In this document: positions 12,801 to 26,739 of the stretch, piece after piece
Numbering within the stretch: the stretch's first letter is position 1
Layout: every line of letters starts with the position of its first letter
Assembly (NCBI GenBank): GCA_021613535.1
Contig: CP075493.1
Location: 2,418,001 to 2,482,000, forward strand
Direction: 5' to 3'
Origin: Adineta vaga
Taxonomy: Eukaryota; Animalia; Rotifera
Length of the DNA: 64,000 nucleotides
Notes under the pieces: model-generated
Databases searched by the model: none
The model's input: only the letters and a program-made list of their open reading frames with translations
Told to the model about the DNA's origin: nothing
Translations under genes and position numbers: made by a program

Positions 12801-15800
12801 TTTTTAGTTTACTCTACAGCTGACAGGAGTTTCTGATACAGAGAATCTGGAAACTAATTCTCTTCCTAATGAAAATCATTCGTCAACAATTATCACAGTG
12901 GATAAAGAAATTCAAACCGAATCATTGCATCAATTGTGGTCTATGGTAAGTTAGTTCTTTGCTTTTCAAAATAGTTCAAAAACATCGAGAAGATCTAATC
13001 ATCTGGACTCTCTCGATTTCTACTTCGATTAATACTAAATTTTCGTTTTCCATTTGTTAGTTTGACGAAGAAAACTTTCCAAGTGATGCTGCCGAAGATA
13101 ATGATCGCTTAAATGATTATATGATGGAAATCACATCCTTATCATCAACTGAACTTGCTGATCAACTTAATAAAGAATGTCAACAGATCTTATCGAAACA
13201 AAACTTCCAATTTACATCTTCGCTCGATCTCGAACTTAATCAATTATCTCTACTCGCTCTTCACTCTCTTCACAATCAACATTTAACCGATGATGCAAAA
13301 TTATTATACAATGAAACAGTAGTTCGAGCATTAAAACAAGAATATGAATTACTTAATAACGAAAAGAATGATTTGATCGAACAAATTACGAAAAATGAAC
13401 TTGAACATTTAGAAACAAAAGCGAATTTATTAAATTTAATTGAAGAAAATAAACGATTGAAAGATGAGATCATTGAAATGAACAGAAATTCAGAAGAAAT
13501 CAAAGAAAATCGATATGAAATATTAGAAAAAGAATTTCATCAACTAAAACAAGAATTTAATGAATTAGTCAATGAAAATGAATTATTAAAAGATTATAAT
13601 GCACAAATGTATCAAGAAAAATTACAAGAAAAGAAAGATAATGGTAAGATAACTGCAAAATCAAATCTTCTGAAGTAAATTATATATAATCCTATGTTTG
13701 AATTACTTTAGATCTTGTCGAAATCAAATCATCATGTGATATTGACACTCAATGTGATTTAATTGATGCGGCTCAACAGAATAATAGCAAACAATCAGAT
13801 TGGAATAATGAAGCACCACCACGAGAACAACCATCAACTGACGAAGAAATAGTGCGATTGAAAACAATTGTTGAAGAAATTCTACATGAAAATGAACAGT
13901 TAAAAGATTTAAATTCAGAATTATATGGTAAATCAAATTTTCTCTTCTATCCATCATTTTCTTCTTTCTTCATAAATCTATTAGAATCTCTCAATAATCG
14001 ATCGAATTTATCATCAACTGATAATGCCATTCAATGTTCTCTCCAAACAACATTCAACGAGAATCGTTTATCAGAAATACATCTAGTAGAAAACAATGAT
14101 TGGAATGATCAAAGTTCACCCATCGAAGAATCGACTCTCTTTTCCATCACGGAAGGAAATCTAACCAAACAAACGATTGACAATGAAACACAAACAGATG
14201 ATCATCAGCATGATAAACTTGCACAAGTTAACAATAAATTAAAACGTGCTCTTCAAACAATCAAAGACAAAATCAATCGACTTGTTATTGAACAACCCGA
14301 ATTATTTCCTAATTTGACTGATGATACACTTCTACGATTGGATCATTTAATCTCTGCTATTGAACAGTTGAAAGACGAGAAGAATCGATTTGAACAAAGT
14401 CAATTCAGAGACACTGAGTAAGAAAATATTCCATACTGAAAATTGATTGATCTTTATTTTCTTTATAGAGAAATACAAAATTTAAAAACTCAACTGACTG
14501 AACGTAGAGAAGAATCGAAACAGAAATGTGCTGATATTGAAGTAAATAGTGCCGCTTCGGATATAAATGATTATAAAAATCAAATTGAAGAACTTATTCA
14601 AGAACGTGATCAACTACGCACTCGATATGAGGAATTATCTCGAACAAGTGAAATGATTGATAATGAAACACAAACAGATGAACAACAAAAAGATAAACTT
14701 GTTCAAGTTAATAATAAGTTAAAACGAGCATTACAAAATGTTAAAGATAAAATCCAACGAATTATAAATGAAAATCCAGAATTATTTCCTGATTCCAGTG
14801 AAGATACGATGGAACGATTGGATCAATTAGCTACCGCTGTTGAAAATCAAACAGTTCAAATTCAATTCTTGCAAACAGAACGTGATCAAGCTCAACAGAT
14901 GATTGCGGAACTTCAAAATACAAATCAGCAATCACATAATGATGAATATTCATTACAAACAAAACAAAGTTCTTCGGAAGATCTTCCAGTCGACGATTAT
15001 CAGAAAGAAATCGAACAACTTCGACGAAATCTTTCCGAGAAAGATGAAGAACGAAGTTTACTACGAGAACATCTAAACGAAATTGAAATTGAACTTCGAA
15101 AAACATTGGACCAACAAACAGTTTTCGAACAAGAACGCCATGCACAAGCAAAAGAAAAGTAAGCATTCTTTGAGAGTCTTAATTTAGAATTTTTCATATA
15201 TTTTCATCTAGTCAACATGATATCGAACTGTTGCAACAAGAAATAGACCAGCAAAATGAAGAACTACAGAACTTGTCTGAAAAGTATCTTATACAGAGTG
15301 AATTGCAAAATGAATTGAATCAACAAAAGTAATACATTTCAGCGTTCATCGATTTTTTGATTTTATCATTCTGTTTGATATTCTAGAGAAGAAATGCAAG
15401 AACGTTTTGCAGAACAAGAAAAACAGATAAGTAGTTTCATCGAGGAACGCACTAGACTCTTGCTGGAAGTAGAAAAGAATACGTCAGCACCTGCGGAAAC
15501 AGCAGACGCTGAAGTTCAAACTGATGATCGTCAGTAGAAAAACTAACTCAAATAAACAACAAATTGAAACGTGCATTACAAGGATTTAAAGATAAGATTG
15601 CTCGATTTGTCTCGGAACGACCAGAACTTTTTGATGGAATTGGAGAAGAAACAAGTGAACGGTTCGATCATTTGATTGCAACTGTAGAAAATCAAGCAAC
15701 ACAAGTTGATATATTACAAGCTAATGTGAATGAACTGCAAAGGTATAACATTTACATTCTTCTTTTGATATTCATTACTATTCTCATGAATTCATTACTT

Positions 15801-18800
15801 CTTTGGAAACATTTCAAAACGAGCAAACCGTTGTTACAGATCTAGCAACTTCCGTACAAGAAGAGCATCAACGACTAATTGAACAATTACAACAAACCCT
15901 TTTGCAAAAAGATGAAGAACGAAGTGCGATACAAGAACGTTTGAATGAAGTCGAAGCAGAACTTCAAAAAGCATTAGATTATCATGCATCAACAACAGAT
16001 AAATATGATTCACTTGAAAACGAACGAATTACGTTTGTTGACGAAAGGTATTCAGTTTTTTTCTAAATCTTTCCTATCCTACTATGAGAATCGTGTTTTA
16101 TAGCCCAGACGAGATTGCACAATTGAAAAAATCATCTGAAAATCAACATCAAGATATTCAAACTGACGAAGAGTGAGTTATTTCTTGAAAAATAATGTTT
16201 TCTTTTTCTCTAATTATATTTTACATATAGTATTCATATATTGGATGAATTGATTGCCCAGCAATCTCAAGAAATACAAGATCTAAAAGCGACAAATGCC
16301 ACACTCTTATCTCAGTTGGAATCTCAAGTTGAAAAGGCGTCTTCCATCCAAACTATAGAAAATGAAACTCAAACAGATGATCGTCAACATGAAAAACTAA
16401 TTCAAGTAAACAACAAAATGAAACGTGCACTTCAAGGAATCAAAGATAAGATTCATCGTCTTGTTTCGGAGAGACCTGATCTATTCGATGGAGTTGCTGA
16501 AGAAACAAGTGAACGGCTCGATCATTTGATTGTAACCGTTGATAATCAAGCTACAGAAATTGACATTTTGCGAGCTCAACATGAACAACTTCAAAATGAT
16601 ATGAAGGAAATGCAAAAGTATGCGACACCTTAATAATCATTTCTGCTCATGCAAATATTATTTTTTTAGCTTCACGGAAACATCGGAGAAAGAGCAAATT
16701 CTTTCTTCAGCTTCCTTGTCTTCATCATTAGATGATTATCAAAGACGAATTGATCGACTTCAAGATTCTCTTTCACAAAAAGATGACGAACGAAGTGTGT
16801 TACATGAACGTCTGAACGAAGTCCAAGAAGAACTCCGAAAAGCATTAGATGATCATGCATCATTATCAGCGACATATGAGTCATTCGTTGAACAACAAGC
16901 AATCGACTCAGAAGAAAAGTATATTGGTTGATAGTTTTTGAATAACTCTAGTATCTGAATGTTTAGACAAAATGAAATTGAACAACTAAGAGATGAATTA
17001 GCTCAACAAAAACAAATTCAAAGAGACGAACAGTAAGTACAATAGAAAAATCTATGCTTTTCTTTATTCTAAACTGATTCTTAACACAGTGTCAGAGAAA
17101 TGATCGAACAACAAAATCAAGAGTTAAACGATCTGAAGGAGATCAATTCCAGTCTCCCATCTCAATTAGAATCTCAAACTGTAGAGAGTGAAACACAAAC
17201 AGATGATCGTCAACATGAAAAACTAACTCAGGTGAACAACAAATTGAAACGTGCACTACAAGGATTCAAAGATAAGATTCATCGTCTTGTTTCGGAGAGA
17301 CCTGATCTATTTGATGGAGTTGCGGAAGAAACAAATGAGCGGCTCGATCATTTGATTGCAACTGTGGACAATCAAGCCACTCAAATCGATATACTGCGTA
17401 CTGAGCATGAACAAGTTAATGAAAATTATCACGATCGAATCAAAGTACTTGAAAGGTGAGCAGGAATATGCAGTCCTTTCCAAAATAAGTAAAAACCTGA
17501 TTTATGAATATTCTAGTGAGTTACAAGCGCGTCAAGATGAAGTTGACAATGAGCTTCGACAGAAAATGGAAGATTCAGTTACTGCTGTTCCAATAACTTC
17601 CTTATCAATTGACGATAATAGGTATAAGAAAATTCAATTATTTCACGAAGTTTCACATTTTAGATCGATTGTTCTTTTTAGTGCTTCCCTTCTCGAAGAT
17701 CATCAGAAACAAATCGAGCAACTTCGACGAAATCTATCGGAGAAAGATGAAGAAAGAAGTTTATTACGAGAGCATTTGAATGAAATAGAAATTGAACTGC
17801 GAAAAAGCTTGAATGATTATGCAACTTTAGAACAAGAACGAGAGACACTTCTAGAAAAACAAAAACGCCATTCAGAAGAAAGGTAAAACTAACTGAATTG
17901 TTTCGATGATCGTTTTGAATCTGAAAATATTTAGTGAAAATGCAATTCAACAATTGAGAAATGAATTAGCTCAATTGAAACAATTACCAGATATGGAAAA
18001 TGTACAAATTCAAACCGATGAAGAGTAAGTATCAAACGATTATTTATCTGTTTATGTGTCATTGAAATTCCTTTAGTATGAAAACACGGAATGAACTTAT
18101 CGAACAACAATCTGAGCAAATGGAGGCGTTACGCGAAGAAAATAAAATTCTTTCATCTCACCTAGAATCTCAAGTGGAGACAACTGATAAACAACGGTAA
18201 TAGTTTGAAAAGAGTTTGATACTTGATGATATCATCTTCAAATTAATCATTTAGAAAAGAGACAGAAGAGCGTATGCATAATTATAAAAAACAAATACAT
18301 GATCTTACGGAAGAACGTGAAAAACTTCTAGAAGATATAGAAAATAAAATGTCATCAGCGAGAGAAATGACACATGCTGAAGTTCAAACAGATGATCGCC
18401 AGCATGAAAAACTAGCTCAAATGAACAATAAATTGAAACGTGCATTACAAGGATTCAAAGATAAGATTGCTCGATTTGTTTCGGAACAACCAGAACTTTT
18501 TGATGGAATTGGAGAAGAAACAAGTGAACGACTCGATCATTTGATTGCAACTGTGGAACATCAAGCAACACAAATCAATTTAATGCAAACCGAACATACT
18601 GATACCGAAGAGCAATTACGAAATAATATGAAAGATCTTCAAAGGTAAAATCATTTGATATTCATCTCCCGTATGATACAATTATATTGATGGAAATATT
18701 TAGTTCTTTGGAAACATCTCAGAACGAACTTGATTATGAACGTCAAACTCGTGTACAACAACTGTCTCATTCGGCTCCGCCAGATAACAACAGGTTAGCC

Positions 18801-21800
18801 TATTATCTAGATGACATTCATTTGAAATCCACGATCATTTTTAGTTCTTCGATGCTTGATGATTATCAAAGACGAATTGATCGACTTCAAGATTCTCTTT
18901 CACAAAAAGATAACGAACGAAGTGTGTTACATGAACGTTTGAACGAAGTCCAAGAAGAACTCCGAAAAGCAGTAGATGATCATGCATCATTATCAGCGAC
19001 ATATGAGTCATTCGTTGAACAACAAGCACTCGACTCGGAAGAAAAGTATATTGGCTTACATTTTTTGAATAACTCTAGTATCTGAATGTTTAGACAAAAT
19101 GAAATTGAACAACTAAGAGAACAACTAGCTCAACAAAAACAAACTCAAAGAGACGAACAGTAAGTACAATAGAAACATCTATGTTTTTCTTTATTCTAAG
19201 CTGATTCTTAACATAGTGTCAGAGAACTGCAAGAACTGATCGAACAACAATGTCAAGAGTTGAATGATCTGAAGGAGATCAATTCCAGTCTCTCATCTCA
19301 ATTGGAATCTCAAGTTGAATTAACCAATGAAAAGTAATATTTAATCAATTGTTTGTGATAAAAATTAAAAATATCTTTTTGTATTATCAAGGAAGAAAAT
19401 TGAAAATCAACTCCATGAACGTAACAATCAGATCGAAAATCTCATACAAGAACGTTCAAAACTCTTGGAAGAGATGGAAAGTCAACGTTCGGGATCTGCT
19501 GAAACCATCGACAATGACACTCAGACAGATGAACAACTCATAGAAAAACCAACTCAGACGAATAATAAACTGAAACGTGCATTACAAGGATTCAGAGATA
19601 AACTCAATCATCTTGCATCAGATAGACCTGATCTTTTTGATGGAGTTGGCGAAGAAATTAGTGAACGATTTGATCATTTAATTTCAACTCTAGGAAGCCA
19701 AGCTTCCAGATTGATGCTTTACAAACTAAACATAATCTACTTGATGAACAGCTACGAGAAACTTTAAAAGAGCTGCGAACTCAAGGAGACCAACTGCTCG
19801 CATCTGCATCTGATGCTGCTAGGTTGCCTAATCTCTTTAATTATAATCATTCTTATTCTCCTCCGTCTATATTATATTTTAGTTCGCCAAACATTGAAGA
19901 ATATCAGAAACAAATTGATCAACTTCAACAAACCTTAATTGAAAAAGATGATGAACACTCGTCACTTGTTAAACGCATTGATGAAACTGAAATCGAATTG
20001 AGGAAAATCACTGAAGATGTCGAATCCATCAAAAATTCGTACGAAGAACAAATACAATCTTTTATAGAAGAACGAAATACATTGCTCGAACATCAAGCAC
20101 GACGTTTTGCTGAATGGTATAACCTTCTATATGTCATTCATATATCATTCTGTAAATAATTGATTTCTAGTGAACATGAAATCGTAGAATTGAAGGCAAA
20201 TAATGATCAACTTCATGAAGAATTAGCTGAAGCACATCATACTCCAATTCTGCACATGTAGAAATTCAAACAGTTGAAAAGTAAAGAAAATTTCATTCGT
20301 TATAGATATATATATATATATGATCTAATTCATTTTAATTTAGTATAACTGAATTGTACGATTTGATTGAACAACAGGCTGGTGAATTGAAATCTCTAGA
20401 AGAAAAATGTCATACTTTATCTTCTCAAATTGATTCCAATGCAATATTACAATTCGAAGCAGAGAATTATCGGTAAACGTTCATTTGTATTCTTTCTCTC
20501 TTTTGTTTGTTTAATCAATCTAAGCTTTCTCTTCAGAAATACATTAGAACAAGATTTAAATAATTATAAAGAACAAGCAAAAACTCTGTCAGAAGAAATT
20601 GAAAAGAATCGATTATCATCTGTTCAAACAATAGATAATGAAAGTCAAACAACTGATGATCAACATGAAAAGCTAACTAAAGGACATAAGAAATTAAAAC
20701 GTACATTCGATGTGTTTCAAGATAAAATTCAACAAATTGTTTCGAAACGACCAGATTTATTCGAAGGCATTAATGAAGAAAGTAATGAACGTCTTGATCA
20801 ACTAATCTCCATCGTAGAAAATCAAACAATACAAATCAATGATTTACAAACTGAACGTGATCAACTCATCTCTTCATCGCCTAGGTAGAATAGATTCAAT
20901 TAATCATTGTTTCTTAATCTCATTTTCATTTTTAGTCCATCTATCATTGAGGATTATCAAAGGAAATATGATCAACTTCAACAATTATTGATTGAAAACG
21001 ATGCCGAACGAACATTGCTTCAGGAGCGTCTAGATGAACTGAGCAAAACATTAACTAAATATGAATCAATGCTTGAACAACAAACACTTCAATCAAGCTC
21101 AAGGTATAATGATCTAAACTAGTTCAATGTTGCTTTTTAATCTATAAATATTTAGTGACTATGAAAATCAACCATTAAAACAATCACCGGAATATCAACA
21201 TGTTCAAGTTCAAACACTCGAAGAGTACGTTAATAAAAAGAGAAGACAACAATCGTTGTTTATTGTTTACATTTTGTATATAGTATTGAAATGATTGATA
21301 GTGAAATTCAAACAGATGATTATCAATTTGAAAAAATGAAAGAAGTTTTATCTAAATTTGAAGAAAAAATTCTTAGTGTAGTTGAACAACGTCAAGATTT
21401 ATTTAATGGTATCAGTGATGAAACAAATGAACGTCTTGATCAATTAATATCAACATTAGACAATCAAGCGATGTATATTGATTTGTTACAAATAGAAAGT
21501 AAACAAATTGAAGAACAATTACGAAATGAAATCAAAGAACTTCAAAAGTATGAAGAGAATTCATTCAATACATTGTTGATCTTTTTGTCTGTATAGTTCT
21601 CTTAACGCTTGTCAGTATGAACTAAACAATGAACGACGAATTAAAGTAGAACAATTGGTATCTGCATCGCCTGTGGAAGATACTAGGTTATTTAAATCAG
21701 AAGAGAAAAAGAAAAAAAACTTAAACCAATGTTTTTTGGTATATTTAGTTCATCGCTTATCGAAGATTATCAAAAACAGATCAATCAATTACAAGAAAAT

Positions 21801-24800
21801 CTTCGAGAAAAAGATCAAGAACGAAGTTTGTTACAAGAACGTTTACATGAAGTTGAAATTGAACTTCGAAAAACATTGGATGATCATACATCATTACTGA
21901 CAAAATATCAAACCATCGAACAAGAACGAGATGAACTATCAGATCAAAAGTAATCATTTGTTTAATATCATTTTAATTTGACATACAAAATCATATACTT
22001 TTAGTCAACATGAAATTACACAATTGAAAGAAGAATTGAATGAACTAAGAAAAGTACCTGAATGTCAACATGTCGATATACAAACTGATCAAGAGTGAGT
22101 AGAAATGAATGTAACATCGATCTTAACTTTTTCTCTATTTATCTATGAATAGTATGAAAGCATTAAATCTAAATGATTGAAGAATTTAAAGATCTAAATG
22201 AAAGAAATACTATTCTCTTATCTGAACTTGATAATCAAAAGTAATACATTGTCTAAAACTTTCTAAATTTGATTATCATTGACATATGAATATTTTTTTT
22301 AGACAAATAATAGAAGAACAACAAAAAGAACAGGAAAGACTTGTTGAAGAACTAGAAAAATATACTTCACGATCAATAACAACAATTCATAATGAAGTAC
22401 AAACGGATGATGATCATCATCAACAATTACTTGAATTGAATACTAAATTAAAATCTATGATTGATCAGTTTGTTAGTGCAAGAGCTGATCATCTATTCAG
22501 TAATCTTGGAAATGAACTTAACGATCGTCTTGATAGTATACTATCTTTTGTCGATAATCAAACTACACAACTAGCAGACAGTAATCAAATGAATGAAAAA
22601 TATCAACGTGAAATGAATGATTTACAAAAGTAAAGATTTCTTATGAATGAATCATTTTAAATAAATCCATATGTTTTAGTTCATTTGATAATTATCGACA
22701 ACAAATTGATGAAGAATCTCGTCAAAAATTTGACGAACAATTAAATAAGAAAACAACAGATGCGAATGAAAATGATGATTGGTTTGATGCATCACCTTTG
22801 ATTAAAACAAGTCAACATGTTGAAAATCTTTCTCTTATATCATCGAATGATCATTCAACTTCAACTGAGATCGATATCGAAGGAGTTAAAAACAAAATTC
22901 TACAAATGATTGAAAATCATCTAACATTATTTTCAACATCAAATGAAAATATCTGCGAAGATCTTCGTCAAATATTTTCTGTTATTACAGACCTTCAAAC
23001 AAGAGTAAAAGAATTACAAAGGTAAACTTAACAATCAACAACAAAAAGATACCAATGATAAGATAAGAAATGATTTAAGAAACATATTTGAAATTTTTTT
23101 ATTTTTCCTCTGGTTAAATGATATTTCATTTATTCTTTTGTTATTAGAAACAGGAGTGATCTAAACTAGTAGTATTTTGTCATTGATTACAGACAGTTTG
23201 TTTATATTTCGTCACACATGATGATAAATACCTTGTAATAGACCATGACAGACAGAGGTACTTTCAAAGATGAAAATTATTGTTTAGATTAATAATTTAA
23301 TAAAAGAAGAAAGAAAAAAAATCTTAGTAATTAGTTTAAAACAAGGTTTTTTCTGTCGTACTCTCTGTCTTTAGTGGAAAACTTGTACCTATGTTCTTCT
23401 TTTGTTTAGTTCATTTAATACGTATCGAAATGAAACTGAAAATACACGTCCAATGAAAATGAATCACACAAATGATGTCAATACTCAGACGTTAGGGTAA
23501 AAATTCTGAAAAAGTATCTTTCTCTTCATTTGTTTGATTTGTTAGGTTATCAATTATCGAAGAACATCAAAAACAAATTGACAAACTTCAGGAAAATGAA
23601 TCAGTTTATCAAAATGAAATCCAACGTTTAATTGAAGAACGAGATCAAGCACGTGATCTATTATCTCAATGGAAAAAACGTAAGAATCGTAAAACAAATG
23701 TAGAAGAAACATCATCTGGAATACAAAGTGGACAACGAGATTCTCAAGAGAAAATTGTTGAATATCAAACTCAAATAACTAATCTAGAACATGAACGTTC
23801 ATCGTTACTAAAACAAATCGAACAATTAACATCTCAACCTTCAAAAGTCGATATTGAAAATCAAACAATCACAAACCGAGATTTGTAATACGTCTTTGTT
23901 TATTTTTTCATTGATTCTTACTCTCTCTCTCTTTCTCTCTTCCTTTTTTTCTTCCCGTCAAGGTCATCATCATCAGTGGATCAAAGTATTTCACGGCATA
24001 TATTTGAACAAGAAATGTTAGCTTGGTCGAATGAAAGCGAAGAATTGAAACGTTTAGTTAAACAAATTCAAATTGAAAACAAGAAATTAAAAGGTATTAT
24101 TTTAAAATTTGAAAAAATGGTACTCGATTATGTTCATGAAAATGAAAGACTTAAACAAGAAAATCACAATCTATCATTACATGCAATACATAATCATGAT
24201 AATACAAACAATTCGACACACTCCGACAAAGATATCTGTTATTTAACATTAAAATGGTTGACATATGAAGTGGCACAACGAACAACAAATTCAAAAACTG
24301 AACCATTGTTTATATTAACAACGGATGAATCTGAAAAGCATTTGGATGACAATGAACAACAACTGAAGAATCTTAGTAATCAAAATGAACGATTAAAAAA
24401 TCAATTAGAATCTTATGCTATTCAATTTAAACATCTTCAACATGATATGACTATTAAAGTACAAGAAATATCAAATTTGAAAGATGAAATGGAAAGGTAA
24501 GAAGATAGTGAAACATTTGTTATTTCATGGTTTCTTCTTTGTCTAACAATTGCCTTCAAAAGATATTCAAACACACCTTAGGAGTATTTCATTAGAATTC
24601 CATCTTGAGAGATTTTAAAATAAATACAAAGACGGTAAATGTCAATTCTTCGTACTTTGTATTGCGGATAGACAAAATAAAACACATGTGAAAGGATTTA
24701 GTCAGAGTATTCATTGTTGTCATAGTACATCTTATTGTTTTCAGATTGCGTACCAATGAAATACAATATCGTTTGGAAGCTGATCGTCTCAAATCTGAAC

Positions 24801-26280
24801 TTCAAGATGATCAAATCAAAATTCAACAACTTGAACGTGATCTATCAGATTTAAAATTCAAAGAATCACGTAAAGACATTGATTCAATAGAAGTAAGTTT
24901 CTCAGTTTTCTTTTAACTTACAAAGATCCATCTTGCTTTTCTTTTATTTTCTAGAATCTTCGTGAATTACTTGAATTAAAAGAACGTGAATTAAATGCTT
25001 TAAAAGACAAATTAGATTATACGAAACAAACTCATCAAATTGAATTACAAGAAGCCATGAAAGCCAATCAGGTAGGCAACGTCGACACTGACAATCATCA
25101 GGCTTCTTCCTCATTCTACTAATATACAATCACAAAATCACATGGCATGCTTGCTGAATGTCGCTACACACATGCTGCTTGTTTGTTCGTTTTTGTGTGA
25201 CTGATTTTAAGATGAGATCTTTCTCCATTCATGTATATAGTTTTTATTTTTTATTTTCTGAGTTTTATTTTCTCATGAATGCAACGAAAAAACACAATAA
25301 CAAGTATTTTATTCAGTTTATTTCTTCGGTGATATGGATCTATATACTCTTGTGTGATACTAGTGTGTCTCTATCTTTGCGCTATTTTGTTTTAACTTGA
25401 TTGCTGCTAGTAAATAGATAAAAAAGAAGACGCACCTAAACAAGCTAATAAACATAGTGTAGAGTGGGTGTTTGTTTTTTCTTTGTTAGTGATTGATTGA
25501 TTTATTTATTTTGTTTGTCTATTTATTTTTCAGTTTTCACTTGATAATGTTAAACATTATGAACAAACCAATTTTCGACATAAAGAAAAACAACGAGAAT
25601 TAGAAGCAAGATTAGCAAAATTCTGTACAATTACAAGACCATTACTTGATAATTCACGTTTGTTTGTACAGGTAAATGGATAAGGATTTAAAAGAAAATA
25701 TATAATCTCTTCATTTTCTTTGGAAATAGAATCCAATTATTAATATTGATGAACTACGCAAATTAATTGGTGAAGCAGATACAGAAGAAAAAGTTTCGAG
25801 GTAAGTCGTTTTTTCTAAAAACGAAAATATGAATTCAATTGTCTTTTTCGAACTATTGATGAGAAAAAATTTCTTTTTGTTTCTCATTTAGTTCTCTCAA
25901 TCCAATTCGTGATTGTTTAAGTTTATTAGAAGCTCAAATGCGAGATCTTCATCATGGTATCATAGAAAATCATGCTCGTCGTTCGAAACGATGGAAATAT
26001 AAATTAGGATTTGAATGTCTTTCATGTGAAAGTCGATGGTAAGAAATTTACAAAATGATTTGATTGAATGAATATTGAAATATTGTATAGGGAAGTAACT
26101 CATGATATTCGTGATTTACAAGAAGCATGTCTAGATCCGAACCGATTTCTTGAATCGTCCATTGTTGAACCTATGGCTGGATGTTCATGTCCAATAATGA
26201 TTGATTTTGTTGAAAGTGATGTTCGTCTCTGTGTCGATGACATTGTAGATGATGTGATAATGAGAACAACAGTGAAATAA
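6857..26280 (+). CDS. Giant (several thousand aa) multi-exon coiled-coil repeat protein of unknown function; the assembled reading frame has ~4 single-base breaks
   Basis: Continuous chain of E/Q/K/L-rich heptad ORFs separated by short GT-AG introns; internal repeated modules (LDEANRAW x5; ETQTDD..HEKL..NNKLKRALQ..PELF..ERLDHLI x~10); Cys-containing C-terminal domain (FECLSCESRW..GCSCP). Could be more than one gene. Confidence 0.75.
9100..9690 (+). repeat. Near-identical ~590 bp duplication (exons plus introns), copy 1; copy 2 at ~11875-12470
   Basis: Identical peptides ESSTNLETIKQSYINTVNELTQEL...SKQTSNE in ORFs 9169 and 11944; intron sequences also nearly identical. Confidence 0.9.
11875..12470 (+). 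repeat. Near-identical ~590 bp duplication, copy 2 of 9100-9690
   Basis: Direct sequence comparison. Confidence 0.9.
16728..17180 (+). repeat. Near-identical ~450 bp duplication including introns, copy 1; copy 2 at ~18857-19315
   Basis: LDDYQRRIDRLQDSLSQKD.ERSVLHERLNEVQEELRKA exon and the following introns/exons are repeated with few substitutions. Confidence 0.9.
18857..19315 (+). repeat. Near-identical ~450 bp duplication, copy 2 of 16728-17180
   Basis: Direct sequence comparison. Confidence 0.9.
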
Positions 26281-26739
26281 ACGTTTTGTTCTTTGTACAC
26301 CTGTATTCAATTTGTTGCTTTTTTTTTCTCGTGTGCTTGCGTATAGTTCTTTTTTTCCGTTTTTTTTTCTTCTGGCTTATTTAAAATCTATTGTTGGTTT
26401 TGAGAGATTATCTCTCTATTTATTTATTTTGTTGGTTAATAAACAAAACATTTAAGATAATATCTAGGAAAATTATACTAAAAACTTAATGTTGCCATAA
26501 GTAGATCTACGATCAGAATCATCCGTCAAATATCCATCTTCACTCTGTTTCTAGAATATAATTCATAAAAAAGAATCTTCAGAGTCTGCAAACTATAATG
26601 ATTAATTTACTAATATGGACAGAAAAGTCATGATAGTCATCGTATACATATTTATCAAGACTCTAGTAAAATGAGATACGAATAGACTAATGCTATATTT
26701 TGATTGCTCACTTATTTTAAGAGTAGGCTCTTTATTATA

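Noticed and set aside
6857-26280. Naming the giant protein as a golgin, rootletin, myosin or viral A-type inclusion protein
   Set aside because: Only generic coiled-coil similarity; no diagnostic domain seen.
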